Below are positions 31,972-40,958 of a stretch of DNA of 64,000 nt, piece after piece. A program made the position numbers and the translations under genes. The stretch spans positions 41,944 through 105,943 of the forward strand of contig JANRIL010000044.1 of NCBI GenBank assembly GCA_033764955.1, in the 5' to 3' direction. The notes beneath the pieces are model-generated. The model saw nothing but the letters and a program-made list of their open reading frames with translations, searched no databases and had not been told where the DNA came from. Position 1 is the stretch's first letter. Each line of letters opens with the position of its first letter. The DNA is from Cyanobacteriota bacterium. GTDB lineage: Bacteria > Cyanobacteriota > Cyanobacteriia > Thermostichales > Thermostichaceae.

Positions 31972-32050
31972 CGACCAATCTCACCGGACGCAAATAACCT
32001 TTGCAACTCAGCCGATCAGCTTGGGGCGGTGCAGCGACTTGTTATTATGT
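31972..32050 (-). mobile_element. Integron attC-like recombination site
   Basis: Minus strand R'' ACATAA(TAA)C, 5-nt AAGTC, L'' GCTGCACC ... L' GGTGAGA, 6-nt TTGGTC, G|ATCC; canonical spacing with one extra base in L''. Confidence 0.7.
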
Positions 32051-32104
32051 GTCGTGTATCGGCTTTTGAGTTGCGCTGATTCGTAACCATCTAAAGGGCT
32101 GCTT

Positions 32105-32752
32105 TCAAACTTGAAGCCAATTTCGTAAAATATTAACCACTACTGGAGCGAAAGGCTCCAATTGTCCCTGTTGAGGTTGTGTTAGCTCGTCAATCAACAA
32201 TGCTAGAACTTCTTTATCTCCTTCCAGTCCTTGGTTTGGATCTCCATAACACTTCCATAACAACACGTTGGATAATTGTTTGCGTTTCTCGATCAAAGAA
32301 CGGTTATTGTTCTCATGGTCGCCCAAGTTTAAGACTTGAATGGTATCGATTGCCCGATTACTCAACCCCTCAACCCGACCACTAATTTTAAATCGCAGTT
32401 CTGTTTTACATTCCGTCATCAGAGGAGTTAGGGGTAGGTGCTGCGATTTATGAGCATCGCCACATTGATTATGGGTATTACAACTAGCCACAATATTTAA
32501 AAAGTCGAGCGTGCGTTTAGGATTCAGTTTTTGAGCTTCTACATGCTCATTATGGCAATCATCAATGTCTTGGATTCGCTGGCAGCAATAGGCACAAAGG
32601 TAAAACTGCTCCTTGAGAGCATAGTCTCGAATCGTTGCACGAAGGACTTTCCCCTCTTCTGTTTTGTCTAGGTCATCGTATACGCCATGAGGGTTCTTCT
32701 TCTTCCAAGTTGTCAAACAAGACGGTTCAGCCCCTTTACTAATGGTTCGCAT
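32105..32752 (-). CDS. ptuB: HNH endonuclease, PtuB (Septu / retron Ec78 effector type)
   Basis: EQFYLCAYCC, HNEH, NIVASC..CGDAHK, TIQVLNL; overlaps the ATPase stop. Confidence 0.8.
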   Translation of the reverse strand: MRTISKGAEPSCLTTWKKKNPHGVYDDLDKTEEGKVLRATIRDYALKEQFYLCAYCCQRIQDIDDCHNEHVEAQKLNPKRTLDFLNIVASCNTHNQCGDAHKSQHLPLTPLMTECKTELRFKISGRVEGLSNRAIDTIQVLNLGDHENNNRSLIEKRKQLSNVLLWKCYGDPNQGLEGDKEVLALLIDELTQPQQGQLEPFAPVVVNILRNWLQV

Positions 32753-34103
32753 GACGTAATTTTTGTTTACAGAGCAATAATTTAGCTTTGACCAATTCGA
32801 GATGATTGGCAGGTAGTTCCTCGGTTAATCTGGCAAGCAATTGTTGAGCCTCCGTTAGCTTTGAATCCTGTATGGCATCTAGTAAATCATTTAGTTCAGT
32901 ATCAATTTTCTCGTTACGGATGCTAGTATCCATGACATCTAATAAAACCGTATTAGCATCTTGTCCATACTGGGAAGGCAATTGTCGCAACTTACCATCA
33001 GCTAAGGAGTAAACCAAAACATTTTTACAGTCGCTGATTATCAGAGGTGAATGGGTCGTCAGTACAAACTGACAATTTGGGAAAGTTGCAATCAAGCGAT
33101 CGCACAGGCTTCGTTGCCAAGAGGGATGTAGATGCAAATCAACTTCATCAATCAAAACGATACCATCACCTGCTAAAGGATTTTCTAGAGCAGGATTCAG
33201 CATGGCTAGACGGCGGGCAATATCACCAACAAGAGCCATTAGTGACTTTTCGCCTTGTGAAAGTTGGGCTACGTTCAGGGGTTTACCATTTTTGTCAATT
33301 GCCATGTAAAGACGAGGTTTACGATGGACTCTAAGATTGTTTATATGGGGCATAAACTGGCTAATAGCGGTGCGAACGGCGGTTAACTGCCGATCTTTAT
33401 TATTGCGTTCGTTTAACAATCGCCATACATCTTGATTAGTTTCAGCTAGTGGTCTTAGTTGGTTCAGAACCTCTTCAGGAATTCCTGATTCATTTTCGGT
33501 ATCTTCCCGCTCTCGGAACCATTCAAAAAAGCGACGAAAGTCAACGCCCTGACTTAAGGAATTATCGTAACCATCCAATTGCAAAAAGGTATGCTTAGTC
33601 CTAATTTTTAGTGGAATATCGAGGACGACACGCTCGACAGGGTAAAACGCAATTAGGGGCAAGCTAGTTTTGTCATTATGAGTGAGTGCATCACGATAAC
33701 GATTGGCTAAGCGAGTGCAGTTGTTTAGGATGCTACTATATTGAGCCCTTCGCCCTTTTCTGTTTTTTGCAAGAGTCCATTTGAAATAATGATCGATCTC
33801 GCTTTGATTGGAATTGTTCAACAATCCAGAGGAGTCACAAATTTCTATTTCAATGCTGGCCGCATTGGCAGTGTTGAGTATGGCATCTTCAGGAATAGGG
33901 TTACCACTGCCTTTTTCTGTACGTAAACGAGCAGTAAACCAGCTAAGAGAGGTTGCTAAGGCTTTCAGTACAGAGGTTTTACCAGCGCCGTTATTACCAA
34001 CAAAGACAGTAATATTGCTGGGGTTTCGCTCAGTGGGCGCTAAGGGAATTTCCAGACTTTTAAACAGCCCAATATTATTTAAGATGATCCGTTGGATTTC
34101 CAT
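32739..34103 (-). CDS. ptuA: ABC/AAA ATPase, PtuA (Septu / retron Ec78 effector type)
   Basis: GNNGAGKT, FFEWFREREDTENE, LSQGEK, LIDEVDLHLHPSWQ, TTHSP; start ATG 34103 (track extension lies in a MITE). Confidence 0.85.
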   Translation of the reverse strand: MEIQRIILNNIGLFKSLEIPLAPTERNPSNITVFVGNNGAGKTSVLKALATSLSWFTARLRTEKGSGNPIPEDAILNTANAASIEIEICDSSGLLNNSNQSEIDHYFKWTLAKNRKGRRAQYSSILNNCTRLANRYRDALTHNDKTSLPLIAFYPVERVVLDIPLKIRTKHTFLQLDGYDNSLSQGVDFRRFFEWFREREDTENESGIPEEVLNQLRPLAETNQDVWRLLNERNNKDRQLTAVRTAISQFMPHINNLRVHRKPRLYMAIDKNGKPLNVAQLSQGEKSLMALVGDIARRLAMLNPALENPLAGDGIVLIDEVDLHLHPSWQRSLCDRLIATFPNCQFVLTTHSPLIISDCKNVLVYSLADGKLRQLPSQYGQDANTVLLDVMDTSIRNEKIDTELNDLLDAIQDSKLTEAQQLLARLTEELPANHLELVKAKLLLCKQKLRHANH

Positions 34104-34141
34104 AGGGGTAAAGTTCAAACCTCTGAGGTCTCTGATGTTTG

Positions 34142-34254
34142 GGTAGTGGTAAAAAGGAAAAGACTTAAGAGGGGTCGTAGGTGCATTGCCCTTATATGGG
34201 GGCGAGGCCCCCAAACCCCCAACCAACTCCCATCCTTACTCTTTTAGAACTACC
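34142..34254. mobile_element. IS1-type MITE (113 bp) with 8-bp target-site duplication
   Basis: Ends GGTAGTGGTAAAAAG / GGTAGTTCTAAAAGAG (inverted); GATGTTTG at 34134-34141 and 34255-34262. Confidence 0.85.
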
Positions 34255-34268
34255 GATGTTTGTAGTAA

Positions 34269-34361
34269 TACGGTTGATTTACTTAAAAGTGAAAAAACAA
34301 AGCCTCTATAACAAGGGTTTTTTCAGGCCAGATTGTCTCACCCTTATCCAAATCAACCATA
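34269..34361. mobile_element. TA-bounded MITE-like inverted repeat (93 bp)
   Basis: TACGGTTGATTT...AAATCAACCATA with imperfect complementarity extending ~30 bp. Confidence 0.6.
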
Positions 34362-34520
34362 TCTCAAATATTTGAAGGCACTTACCCTTAATCATGCGCT
34401 CAAAATGGTTGCTCGGAACTAGTTTTATCTTAATTCATGATGAGGGGAACCACAGATACATAACTAGATGCTCCCCTGCTTGCCAGCAAAATGCTGCTCG
34501 CCCATAGTGGGGTTTTGCTA

Positions 34521-34832
34521 TTAAGCCGATGATTCTTCAGACTCGGCTTCTAGCTCCGCCTGCAACGCCTGCCATGCCTCTGGGGTGAGGGTGTTCAAGG
34601 CTTCCTGTAACTGTTCTTTTTCGTAAACCTGCTTTTGGTGGTGAAAGGTCATGTGACCGGAGGTGACTCGTGTCAGGTAATGGAGTACCCAGCCGAGACA
34701 CCCCAACAAAAGGATCCCACTACTCCAGGCTTGAGCTGAGGATCCCCAACCCAAGGCTTGCATCGCCCCATAGAGGGATCCCCCTGCCAGCAGGAGATAA
34801 CCACCCCAGAGTAAAACGTCCTTCCTACGCAT
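34521..34832 (-). CDS. DUF3007-like membrane protein
   Basis: MRRKDV start, 2 TM, W..YLTRV...MTF..Q..YE, acidic C-helix; downstream of ndhB. Confidence 0.75.
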   Translation of the reverse strand: MRRKDVLLWGGYLLLAGGSLYGAMQALGWGSSAQAWSSGILLLGCLGWVLHYLTRVTSGHMTFHHQKQVYEKEQLQEALNTLTPEAWQALQAELEAESEESSA

Positions 34833-34860
34833 GATAGTGAGAATCCTTAAAACATTTCCG

Positions 34861-36435
34861 CTAGCTGAGGGTGGGTGGGATCCGATCGGCTGGAGGGAGT
34901 GTCTCGGTCAAGTTTCCCATGACAGCGGCGGGGGAAATCCGCAAAAAGGGACTGGCTTCAATCGAGGTGGTGGTGATGTTGAATAGAGGATTGGAGAGGA
35001 TCCCGACCACAATCGTTCCCACGAGCGTGACCAGCATTCCCGTCTGGATCAGTCTCATGCCATCCAACGTCCAATCCACATCGGGATAGTTTTGCACAGA
35101 GCTAGACATTTCCTGGGGTTCTTTGACCACCATCGTCTTGATCACCCGCACATAGTAATAGATGGAAATCACACTGGTGACCAAGCCCACCAAGACCAGC
35201 GTATAGGCTCCTGCCTGCCAGCCCGACCAAAACAGATACAGCTTGCCGAAGAAGCCCGCCAAGGGAGGTAATCCACCCAAGGAGAGCATACACAAGCTCA
35301 GGCAAAGGGTGAGGAAGGGATCCTTTTGGTAGAGTCCGCTATATTCCGTGATTTCATCGGTTCCGGTCTGCAAGCTGAAGAGGGTGACGCACAAAAACGC
35401 CCCTAAATTCATCACCAAATAGACGAATAGATAGAAAATTAGGCTGGCGTATCCGGCCTCGCTGCCAATCACTAAGCCGATCATGGCAAACCCCGCCTGC
35501 CCAATCGAGGAATAAGCCAACAGCCGCTTCATACGGGTTTGGGCGATTGCCACCACATTGCCCAAAACCATACTCAAAATGGCTAGCACCGCAAATACCG
35601 TCTGCCATTGCTCACTCATGGTGGCAAAGGTGGTCAACAGAAAGCGAATCGCCAGGGCAAATCCCGCCGCTTTGGATCCCACCGACAAAAAAGCCACAAC
35701 CGGAGTGGGTGCCCCTTCATACACATCGGGCGTCCATTGGTGAAAAGGAACCGCCGCCAGCTTAAAGCAAATCCCCGCAATGCACAGCACCAAGGCAATA
35801 ATACCCGCCAACCCCGCTTGGGAGAGGGTGGGAGCAATCGCCTCTAGGTTGGTTTCTCCCCCCGATAAGCCGTAGAGTAAGGACATGCCGTAGAGAAAAA
35901 TCGCGGTGCTGCTGGCTCCGATCAACAAATATTTGAGGGCTGCTTCCGAGGAGCGGGGATCCCGTTTCATATAGCCCGCCATCAGGTAACTGGCAATTCC
36001 CAACGTTTCCAGCGCCACAAATACCATGATCAAATCGGTTGCCCCCGCCAGCAACATGCCCCCCAGGGTGGCGGTGAGCAGCAGGACATAAAACTCTGCC
36101 GTTGGGGATCCCGCCAAAAAGACGTACCGCTCTGACATCATCACCGTCAAAATCGCCGTCAAAACCACCAAACCTCGAAACAAAATGCTGACGGGATCCG
36201 CCGAAAAGCTCCCGAAAAACCCTGACATATCGGGATGCTGCCACTGCAAGACCAGGGTCACCAAGGCTCCGATCAACCCAATAATCGCCAGCCCCGCCAA
36301 GGATTGACGACGTTGACCAGTCCCCAGCAAATCCACAATCAAAACAATCATCAAGGTGAGGGTGACCACCGTTTCAGGAATAATCGTGCCCGCATTTAGA
36401 TTTTGGAGGTTTTGGGTTAGGGAGAATACATCCAT
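34861..36435 (-). CDS. ndhB: NAD(P)H-quinone oxidoreductase subunit 2
   Basis: [55 protein letters not shown]. Confidence 0.97.
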   Translation of the reverse strand: MDVFSLTQNLQNLNAGTIIPETVVTLTLMIVLIVDLLGTGQRRQSLAGLAIIGLIGALVTLVLQWQHPDMSGFFGSFSADPVSILFRGLVVLTAILTVMMSERYVFLAGSPTAEFYVLLLTATLGGMLLAGATDLIMVFVALETLGIASYLMAGYMKRDPRSSEAALKYLLIGASSTAIFLYGMSLLYGLSGGETNLEAIAPTLSQAGLAGIIALVLCIAGICFKLAAVPFHQWTPDVYEGAPTPVVAFLSVGSKAAGFALAIRFLLTTFATMSEQWQTVFAVLAILSMVLGNVVAIAQTRMKRLLAYSSIGQAGFAMIGLVIGSEAGYASLIFYLFVYLVMNLGAFLCVTLFSLQTGTDEITEYSGLYQKDPFLTLCLSLCMLSLGGLPPLAGFFGKLYLFWSGWQAGAYTLVLVGLVTSVISIYYYVRVIKTMVVKEPQEMSSSVQNYPDVDWTLDGMRLIQTGMLVTLVGTIVVGILSNPLFNITTTSIEASPFLRISPAAVMGNLTETLPPADRIPPTLS

Positions 36436-36685
36436 AAGGATTTGACCGACACGGTGAATCTAGGGTGCGTCTTCACGCTAAAGCTTTTTTGCCCAAGAGA
36501 CAAGTTCAAAGGTAAGGGCTGCTCATTAAGCAGCACTACGAAAGCGGATTTGTCCTGTTGCTGCTCTGGCCAGTCAGCCATATTTCAGTCTTTCCCGCAA
36601 AAGATCTGGCGGTTTTGGCCTCTGGAATCGTCAAAGGTATTGAGTAGGATGAATAGCAATCAATGGTTATTGTGGGGAAAGAGCG

Positions 36686-37096
36686 ATGAAACCACTGGTA
36701 CGTTTGGCGGTCTGCTCTGGCTTAACCCTCATTCTCTTGGGATTGAGCGCCTGTCAAAAAACACCTCCCCCGCCACCCACCCCTAGCGAAGCTCCCCAAC
36801 TCAGCCCAGCCGAGATTGAAGCGATCCGCGAGGAGGTGAAACAAAAACTACGGGAAGAAATCGAAAACGAAGTGGATGCGGTGCAACAGCAGGTGGAAGA
36901 ACGGGTGCAAGAGCAGGTAGATGCGGCCAAACAAGAAGCTCAGCAACAGATTCAGGAAGCGAAACAAGAAGTAGAAGAACGGGTAGTGGAAAACAAACAA
37001 CAGGTGCAGCAGCAACTTCAGCAAAAAATTCAAACCACTCTTGAAGATCGCCCCCGTCTGCGGGAGCGTCTGCAAGAAAAAGCTGGATCCCCCTAA
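36686..37096 (+). CDS. Hypothetical lipoprotein with Q/E-rich coiled coil
   Basis: Lipobox LSAC, Pro linker, repeats like VEERV-EQ. Confidence 0.7.
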   Translation: MKPLVRLAVCSGLTLILLGLSACQKTPPPPPTPSEAPQLSPAEIEAIREEVKQKLREEIENEVDAVQQQVEERVQEQVDAAKQEAQQQIQEAKQEVEERVVENKQQVQQQLQQKIQTTLEDRPRLRERLQEKAGSP

Positions 37097-37449
37097 CGAC
37101 CTCCCCCCGTGAAAGAGCGCTCCTGAGTTTGGGGAGCGGCTTCGGCGGCCTGTTGTCCAAAGGCGGTGGCCGGTTCAAAATGAGGAGGTAGGGGTGGATC
37201 CAGGAGTGGATTCACTACGATCCAAGTGCCCCAACCCAACAAGCCCAGCCCACTTATCACCGCCGACATCAGCAGTAGCGATACCCACGGAAACCGCCAG
37301 CTACCCATCAGCCAGGAGGTTGATGGGCTGGGATCCCGTCGCGAAGAAGGGATCCCGCTATACCGTCGCTGCCGCAGCAGCCGACCACAACGGCGACAAG
37401 CATGATCGGTGTCATAGGCAATGCCTTGGCAGGCGGGGCAACGGCGCAT
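37093..37449 (-). CDS. Zinc-ribbon single-TM hypothetical protein
   Basis: CPAC...CRRCG then one TM helix. Confidence 0.6.
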   Translation of the reverse strand: MRRCPACQGIAYDTDHACRRCGRLLRQRRYSGIPSSRRDPSPSTSWLMGSWRFPWVSLLLMSAVISGLGLLGWGTWIVVNPLLDPPLPPHFEPATAFGQQAAEAAPQTQERSFTGGGR

Positions 37450-37554
37450 GGGGGGATGGCAGGATTCTGAGCAGAATCATACTGAAGTTTGCGGGGAATG
37501 GGCTACCCGGCTTTTCTGGCCGGCAAAGGCAGGCCAAACCGTCGGGAAAACCTC

Positions 37555-38232
37555 TTAAAAATTGGCTTGGTGGCGGATCAGGCTCAAGAACTCTTCGCGG
37601 GTGCGGGGATCCTCCTGAAAAACCCCCACCATCGAACTGGTGACCGTCCAGGATCCCGGTTTTTGCACACCCCGCATCACCATACACATGTGGGAGGCTT
37701 CGATCACCACTGCCACCCCCTGTGGTTCCAAAACCTGCATGAGAGATTCGGCAATTTGACGGGTGAGGCGCTCCTGCACCTGCAAACGGCGGGCATACAT
37801 TTCCACAATGCGGGCAATTTTGCTCAATCCCACCACTTTTTGGGTGGGAATGTAGGCCACATGGGCGCGTCCGATAAAGGGCAGCATGTGGTGTTCACAC
37901 ATACTAAACAGGTTGATGTCCCGCACCAAGACCATCTCATCGTGCCCCACATCAAAGATTGCCCCGTTCACCAGATCTTCCAGAGATTGGTCATAGCCAT
38001 TTGTGAGAAATCTGAGGGCTTTGGCCACTCGTTTGGGGGTTTTGAGTAATCCTTCCCGACTGGGATCCTCCCCCAAGCCCCGCAGCAGGGTTTCCACCGC
38101 CGCCACCATCTCCGGATCCACGGCTTCGTTGGTTTCCTCCTCAATCAGGTCAGCGGTAACCGACTTAACCACCCGCTTTTGAAAACTATTTTTGTCGTTG
38201 AGGGAAGGATTTCCACTGTGGGCAATGGTCAT
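37555..38232 (-). CDS. folE: GTP cyclohydrolase I
   Basis: [45 protein letters not shown]. Confidence 0.97.
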   Translation of the reverse strand: MTIAHSGNPSLNDKNSFQKRVVKSVTADLIEEETNEAVDPEMVAAVETLLRGLGEDPSREGLLKTPKRVAKALRFLTNGYDQSLEDLVNGAIFDVGHDEMVLVRDINLFSMCEHHMLPFIGRAHVAYIPTQKVVGLSKIARIVEMYARRLQVQERLTRQIAESLMQVLEPQGVAVVIEASHMCMVMRGVQKPGSWTVTSSMVGVFQEDPRTREEFLSLIRHQANF

Positions 38233-38372
38233 AACCTGAGCATCTCCAGATGATAAAGAACAAGAACGTAACGACCCGTTCGCCTCCCTTGTGGCTGACC
38301 TGACTTTTCAGAACATCCTGACGAGGGATTGGCCAGGAAAATGGAGGCATGCGATGAGTCAGGGCGAGGGCT

Positions 38373-39104
38373 TCAAAAGACCCCTCCCGCTGGCATCAAG
38401 ACCATCTCTTCCACCACGGCACCAGGGGACATGAGCACCAGATGCAACAAAGAATCCGCCACCTGATCAATGGTCAACATCTGGCTGCGATCAAAATTGG
38501 CTTGGACGGTGGGGCTATCCCAAAGGGGAGTGTTGACCGAGCCGGGACAAAAAGCAGTAACGCGGATCTTGTTGGCGCGCTCTTCCTGGGCAAGCGCCTG
38601 CGTCATCCCCAGCAGAGCAAATTTACTGGCACAGTAGGCGCTCCATCCGGGGAAGGCTTGTTTGCCCGCAATCGATATCACGTTAATGATTTGACCTCCT
38701 CCCCGTTGACGCATTCCTGGTAACACCGCTTGAATGCACAAGAAAGCTGCCGTCACATTGAGGTTGAATACCCGCTGCCAATCCGTTAAGGGCGTGGCTG
38801 CTGTCGTCCCCGTGTAGCCGATGCCCGCATTGTTGATCAGCAAATCACAGGATCCCCACTCCTTTAGTAAAGCATCCAACTGAGACGGAACCCGCTCCAC
38901 ATCGCTCAAATCGACAGGAAATGCTTGTGCGGTTCCACCCATCTGTTCTATTTCTTGAACCAATGCTTGCAAATCAGGGGCAGAACGAGCCACGACAGCC
39001 ACGCTAAAACCCTGGCTAGCCAGACGTAAGGCAACAGTTCGACCAATGCCCCGACTGGCTCCAGTGACCAGAGCTTTCTGGACACCGTTCTGAGTATGAG
39101 ACAT
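38373..39104 (-). CDS. SDR family oxidoreductase
   Basis: TGASRGIG, NNAG, YCASK. Confidence 0.92.
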   Translation of the reverse strand: MSHTQNGVQKALVTGASRGIGRTVALRLASQGFSVAVVARSAPDLQALVQEIEQMGGTAQAFPVDLSDVERVPSQLDALLKEWGSCDLLINNAGIGYTGTTAATPLTDWQRVFNLNVTAAFLCIQAVLPGMRQRGGGQIINVISIAGKQAFPGWSAYCASKFALLGMTQALAQEERANKIRVTAFCPGSVNTPLWDSPTVQANFDRSQMLTIDQVADSLLHLVLMSPGAVVEEMVLMPAGGVF

Positions 39105-39132
39105 GTATTGTGTGGGAGTCTGAGAAGGTATA

Positions 39133-39588
39133 TTAACAAGTGTAACACTGATTGGCTTGCCAAGCCCGCTTGAGGAAGGCTTGCAACTGTTGACGGGCTT
39201 CCGGCAAGGGTATGGATTGCTGGATCAACGGCAGGACTTCTTCGGCATAGGCGGGCTGAAAGGCGTCCGCAGGCCAGAGCAAGTCGCTGGTTTCCAGCAG
39301 ATTCCATATCTGTTGATGGCCGGGCTGAGTGATATCCCTGCTCACCAGCCATAGGGGACGCACCCACAGCATGGCACGGGATCCCCCGGCTGGGACAGGG
39401 CTGGCTTCCTGGATCAATTCTCCATAAAGCACCTGATCGTGGATCCGCAAGCTCAAAATTGGGCGACTTAGGGATCCCGTGTCAGGGAGTTCAGGGGGAG
39501 ATAGATCCTGTGCTTTAACAAGCGCCGGCTGGCATTGAGCAGGCAGTTGGGGCCGCATCATCCGTTGGTCAGGGGGTGTGGAGGGCAT
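39133..39588 (-). CDS. Conserved hypothetical protein
   Basis: LYGELIQ...WVRPLWL...DLLWP...EEVLPL; co-oriented with SDR/folE. Confidence 0.7.
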   Translation of the reverse strand: MPSTPPDQRMMRPQLPAQCQPALVKAQDLSPPELPDTGSLSRPILSLRIHDQVLYGELIQEASPVPAGGSRAMLWVRPLWLVSRDITQPGHQQIWNLLETSDLLWPADAFQPAYAEEVLPLIQQSIPLPEARQQLQAFLKRAWQANQCYTC

Positions 39589-39656
39589 CGATAGACTTGA
39601 GATGGTATTTTTCTCATCAAATATCCTAACGGTTTCAATCAGGCAAGGACTTAACC

Positions 39657-40877
39657 ATGATGCAGGTGGAGAGGGCTTTTCAGGTGATTATGGGATCCAT
39701 CCATCCCTTAGAGCCGGAGTGGATCAGCACTAGCGCCGCCCTAGATCGGATATTGGCCGAAACGGTGCTGAGTCCCTCGGATTTTCCGGCGGCGGATATC
39801 TCCAGTATGGATGGGTATGCGATGCGCTATCAGGATGGGTGCGCGGCTCCCTGTGAACTCCAGGTGATGGAGACTATTCCCGCCGGTCATCTGCCCAGCC
39901 AAACGGTGCAAGCGGGACAAACCAGTCGCCTGTTTACGGGATCCCTGCTTCCCCCTGGAGCCGATACCGTGATTATCCAAGAAAATACGCAGGTGTTAGG
40001 GGATGGACGGGTGAAGATTGTCCAACCTGCTAACCAGTTGGGGCAATTTGTCCGAAAACAGGGGCATTACTGCCGACAAGGGGATCCCATCCTGCGGGCA
40101 GGGTTGGCGTTGGGGCCAGCGGAGTTGGGGGTGTTGGCTGCACTGGGGCGGTCGGTGATTCCGGTGGGGCAACGACCTCAGGTGGCGCTCTTTTCGACAG
40201 GTAATGAGCTGGTGCGGCTGGATCAACTCCCTCAAGCGGGGCAGATTGTGGATTCTAATCAGTATGCTCTGTGGGCAGCCATTCACAAGGCGGGCGGGAT
40301 CCCCACCTCATGGGGGATTCTCCCTGATGATCCCCAATGTTTAGGCACCACCATGCAGTCCAGCATCCAACGGGCGGATGTGGTCATCTCCTCCGGTGGG
40401 GTTTCGGTAGGAGACTACGACTATGTGGAAAAACTCTTGGCGGAATTGGGGGGGCAGATCCTTATTCATAGCATCGCCATTAAACCAGGTAAACCCCTCA
40501 CCTTTGCCATCTTTGAGAAGGATCCCCACCGCCGCTGTTATTTTTTTGGCCTCCCCGGAAATCCTGTTTCTGCCCTCGTCACTTTTTGGCGGTTTGTGCA
40601 GCCCGCCCTCGCCAAACTGCAATCCCAAGCCCCCCCCTGGGATCCCCGTTGTCTAACCGCCCTGGCTCAGAGCGATCTCTCCGGCGACGGCAAGCGGGAA
40701 ACCTATCTCTGGGGATCCCTCAACTGGCAGAGCGATCCCCCCTTATTTACCCCTGTGCTGGACTATCAATCCGGTAACCTAATCAACTTAGCCGGATGTA
40801 ATGGGCTGGCGGTTGTGCCCGTGGGGGTGACGGGGATCGCTGCCCAACAACCTGTGCGGGTGATGCTGCTGAAGTAG
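39657..40877 (+). CDS. moeA: Molybdopterin molybdotransferase
   Basis: SMDGYA, STGNEL, DSNQ, SGGVSVGDYD, IKPGKP, GLPGNPVS. Confidence 0.96.
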   Translation: MMQVERAFQVIMGSIHPLEPEWISTSAALDRILAETVLSPSDFPAADISSMDGYAMRYQDGCAAPCELQVMETIPAGHLPSQTVQAGQTSRLFTGSLLPPGADTVIIQENTQVLGDGRVKIVQPANQLGQFVRKQGHYCRQGDPILRAGLALGPAELGVLAALGRSVIPVGQRPQVALFSTGNELVRLDQLPQAGQIVDSNQYALWAAIHKAGGIPTSWGILPDDPQCLGTTMQSSIQRADVVISSGGVSVGDYDYVEKLLAELGGQILIHSIAIKPGKPLTFAIFEKDPHRRCYFFGLPGNPVSALVTFWRFVQPALAKLQSQAPPWDPRCLTALAQSDLSGDGKRETYLWGSLNWQSDPPLFTPVLDYQSGNLINLAGCNGLAVVPVGVTGIAAQQPVRVMLLK

Positions 40878-40884
40878 GTTGCCT

Positions 40885-40919
40885 AAAAAAGGGATCCCCT
40901 CGTTGTCAGAAGGGATCCC
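40885..40919 (-). terminator. Intrinsic terminator built from two GGGATCCC octamers
   Basis: Minus strand GGGATCCCTTC-TGACAAC-GAGGGGATCCC-TTTTTT, 40 nt after the 40959 stop. Confidence 0.7.
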
Positions 40920-40958
40920 GGTCAATTTCAGGGTCTTTATTGGGAAAGCCGCCGGAGT

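Noticed and set aside
34104..34226. N-terminal extension of PtuA in the ORF track
   Set aside because: Encoded largely by the MITE; ATPase-like sequence starts at MEIQRI
34104..34460. Possible retron msr-msd upstream of ptuA
   Set aside because: Inverted repeats are explained by a TSD-flanked MITE and a TA-bounded repeat; no RT gene present
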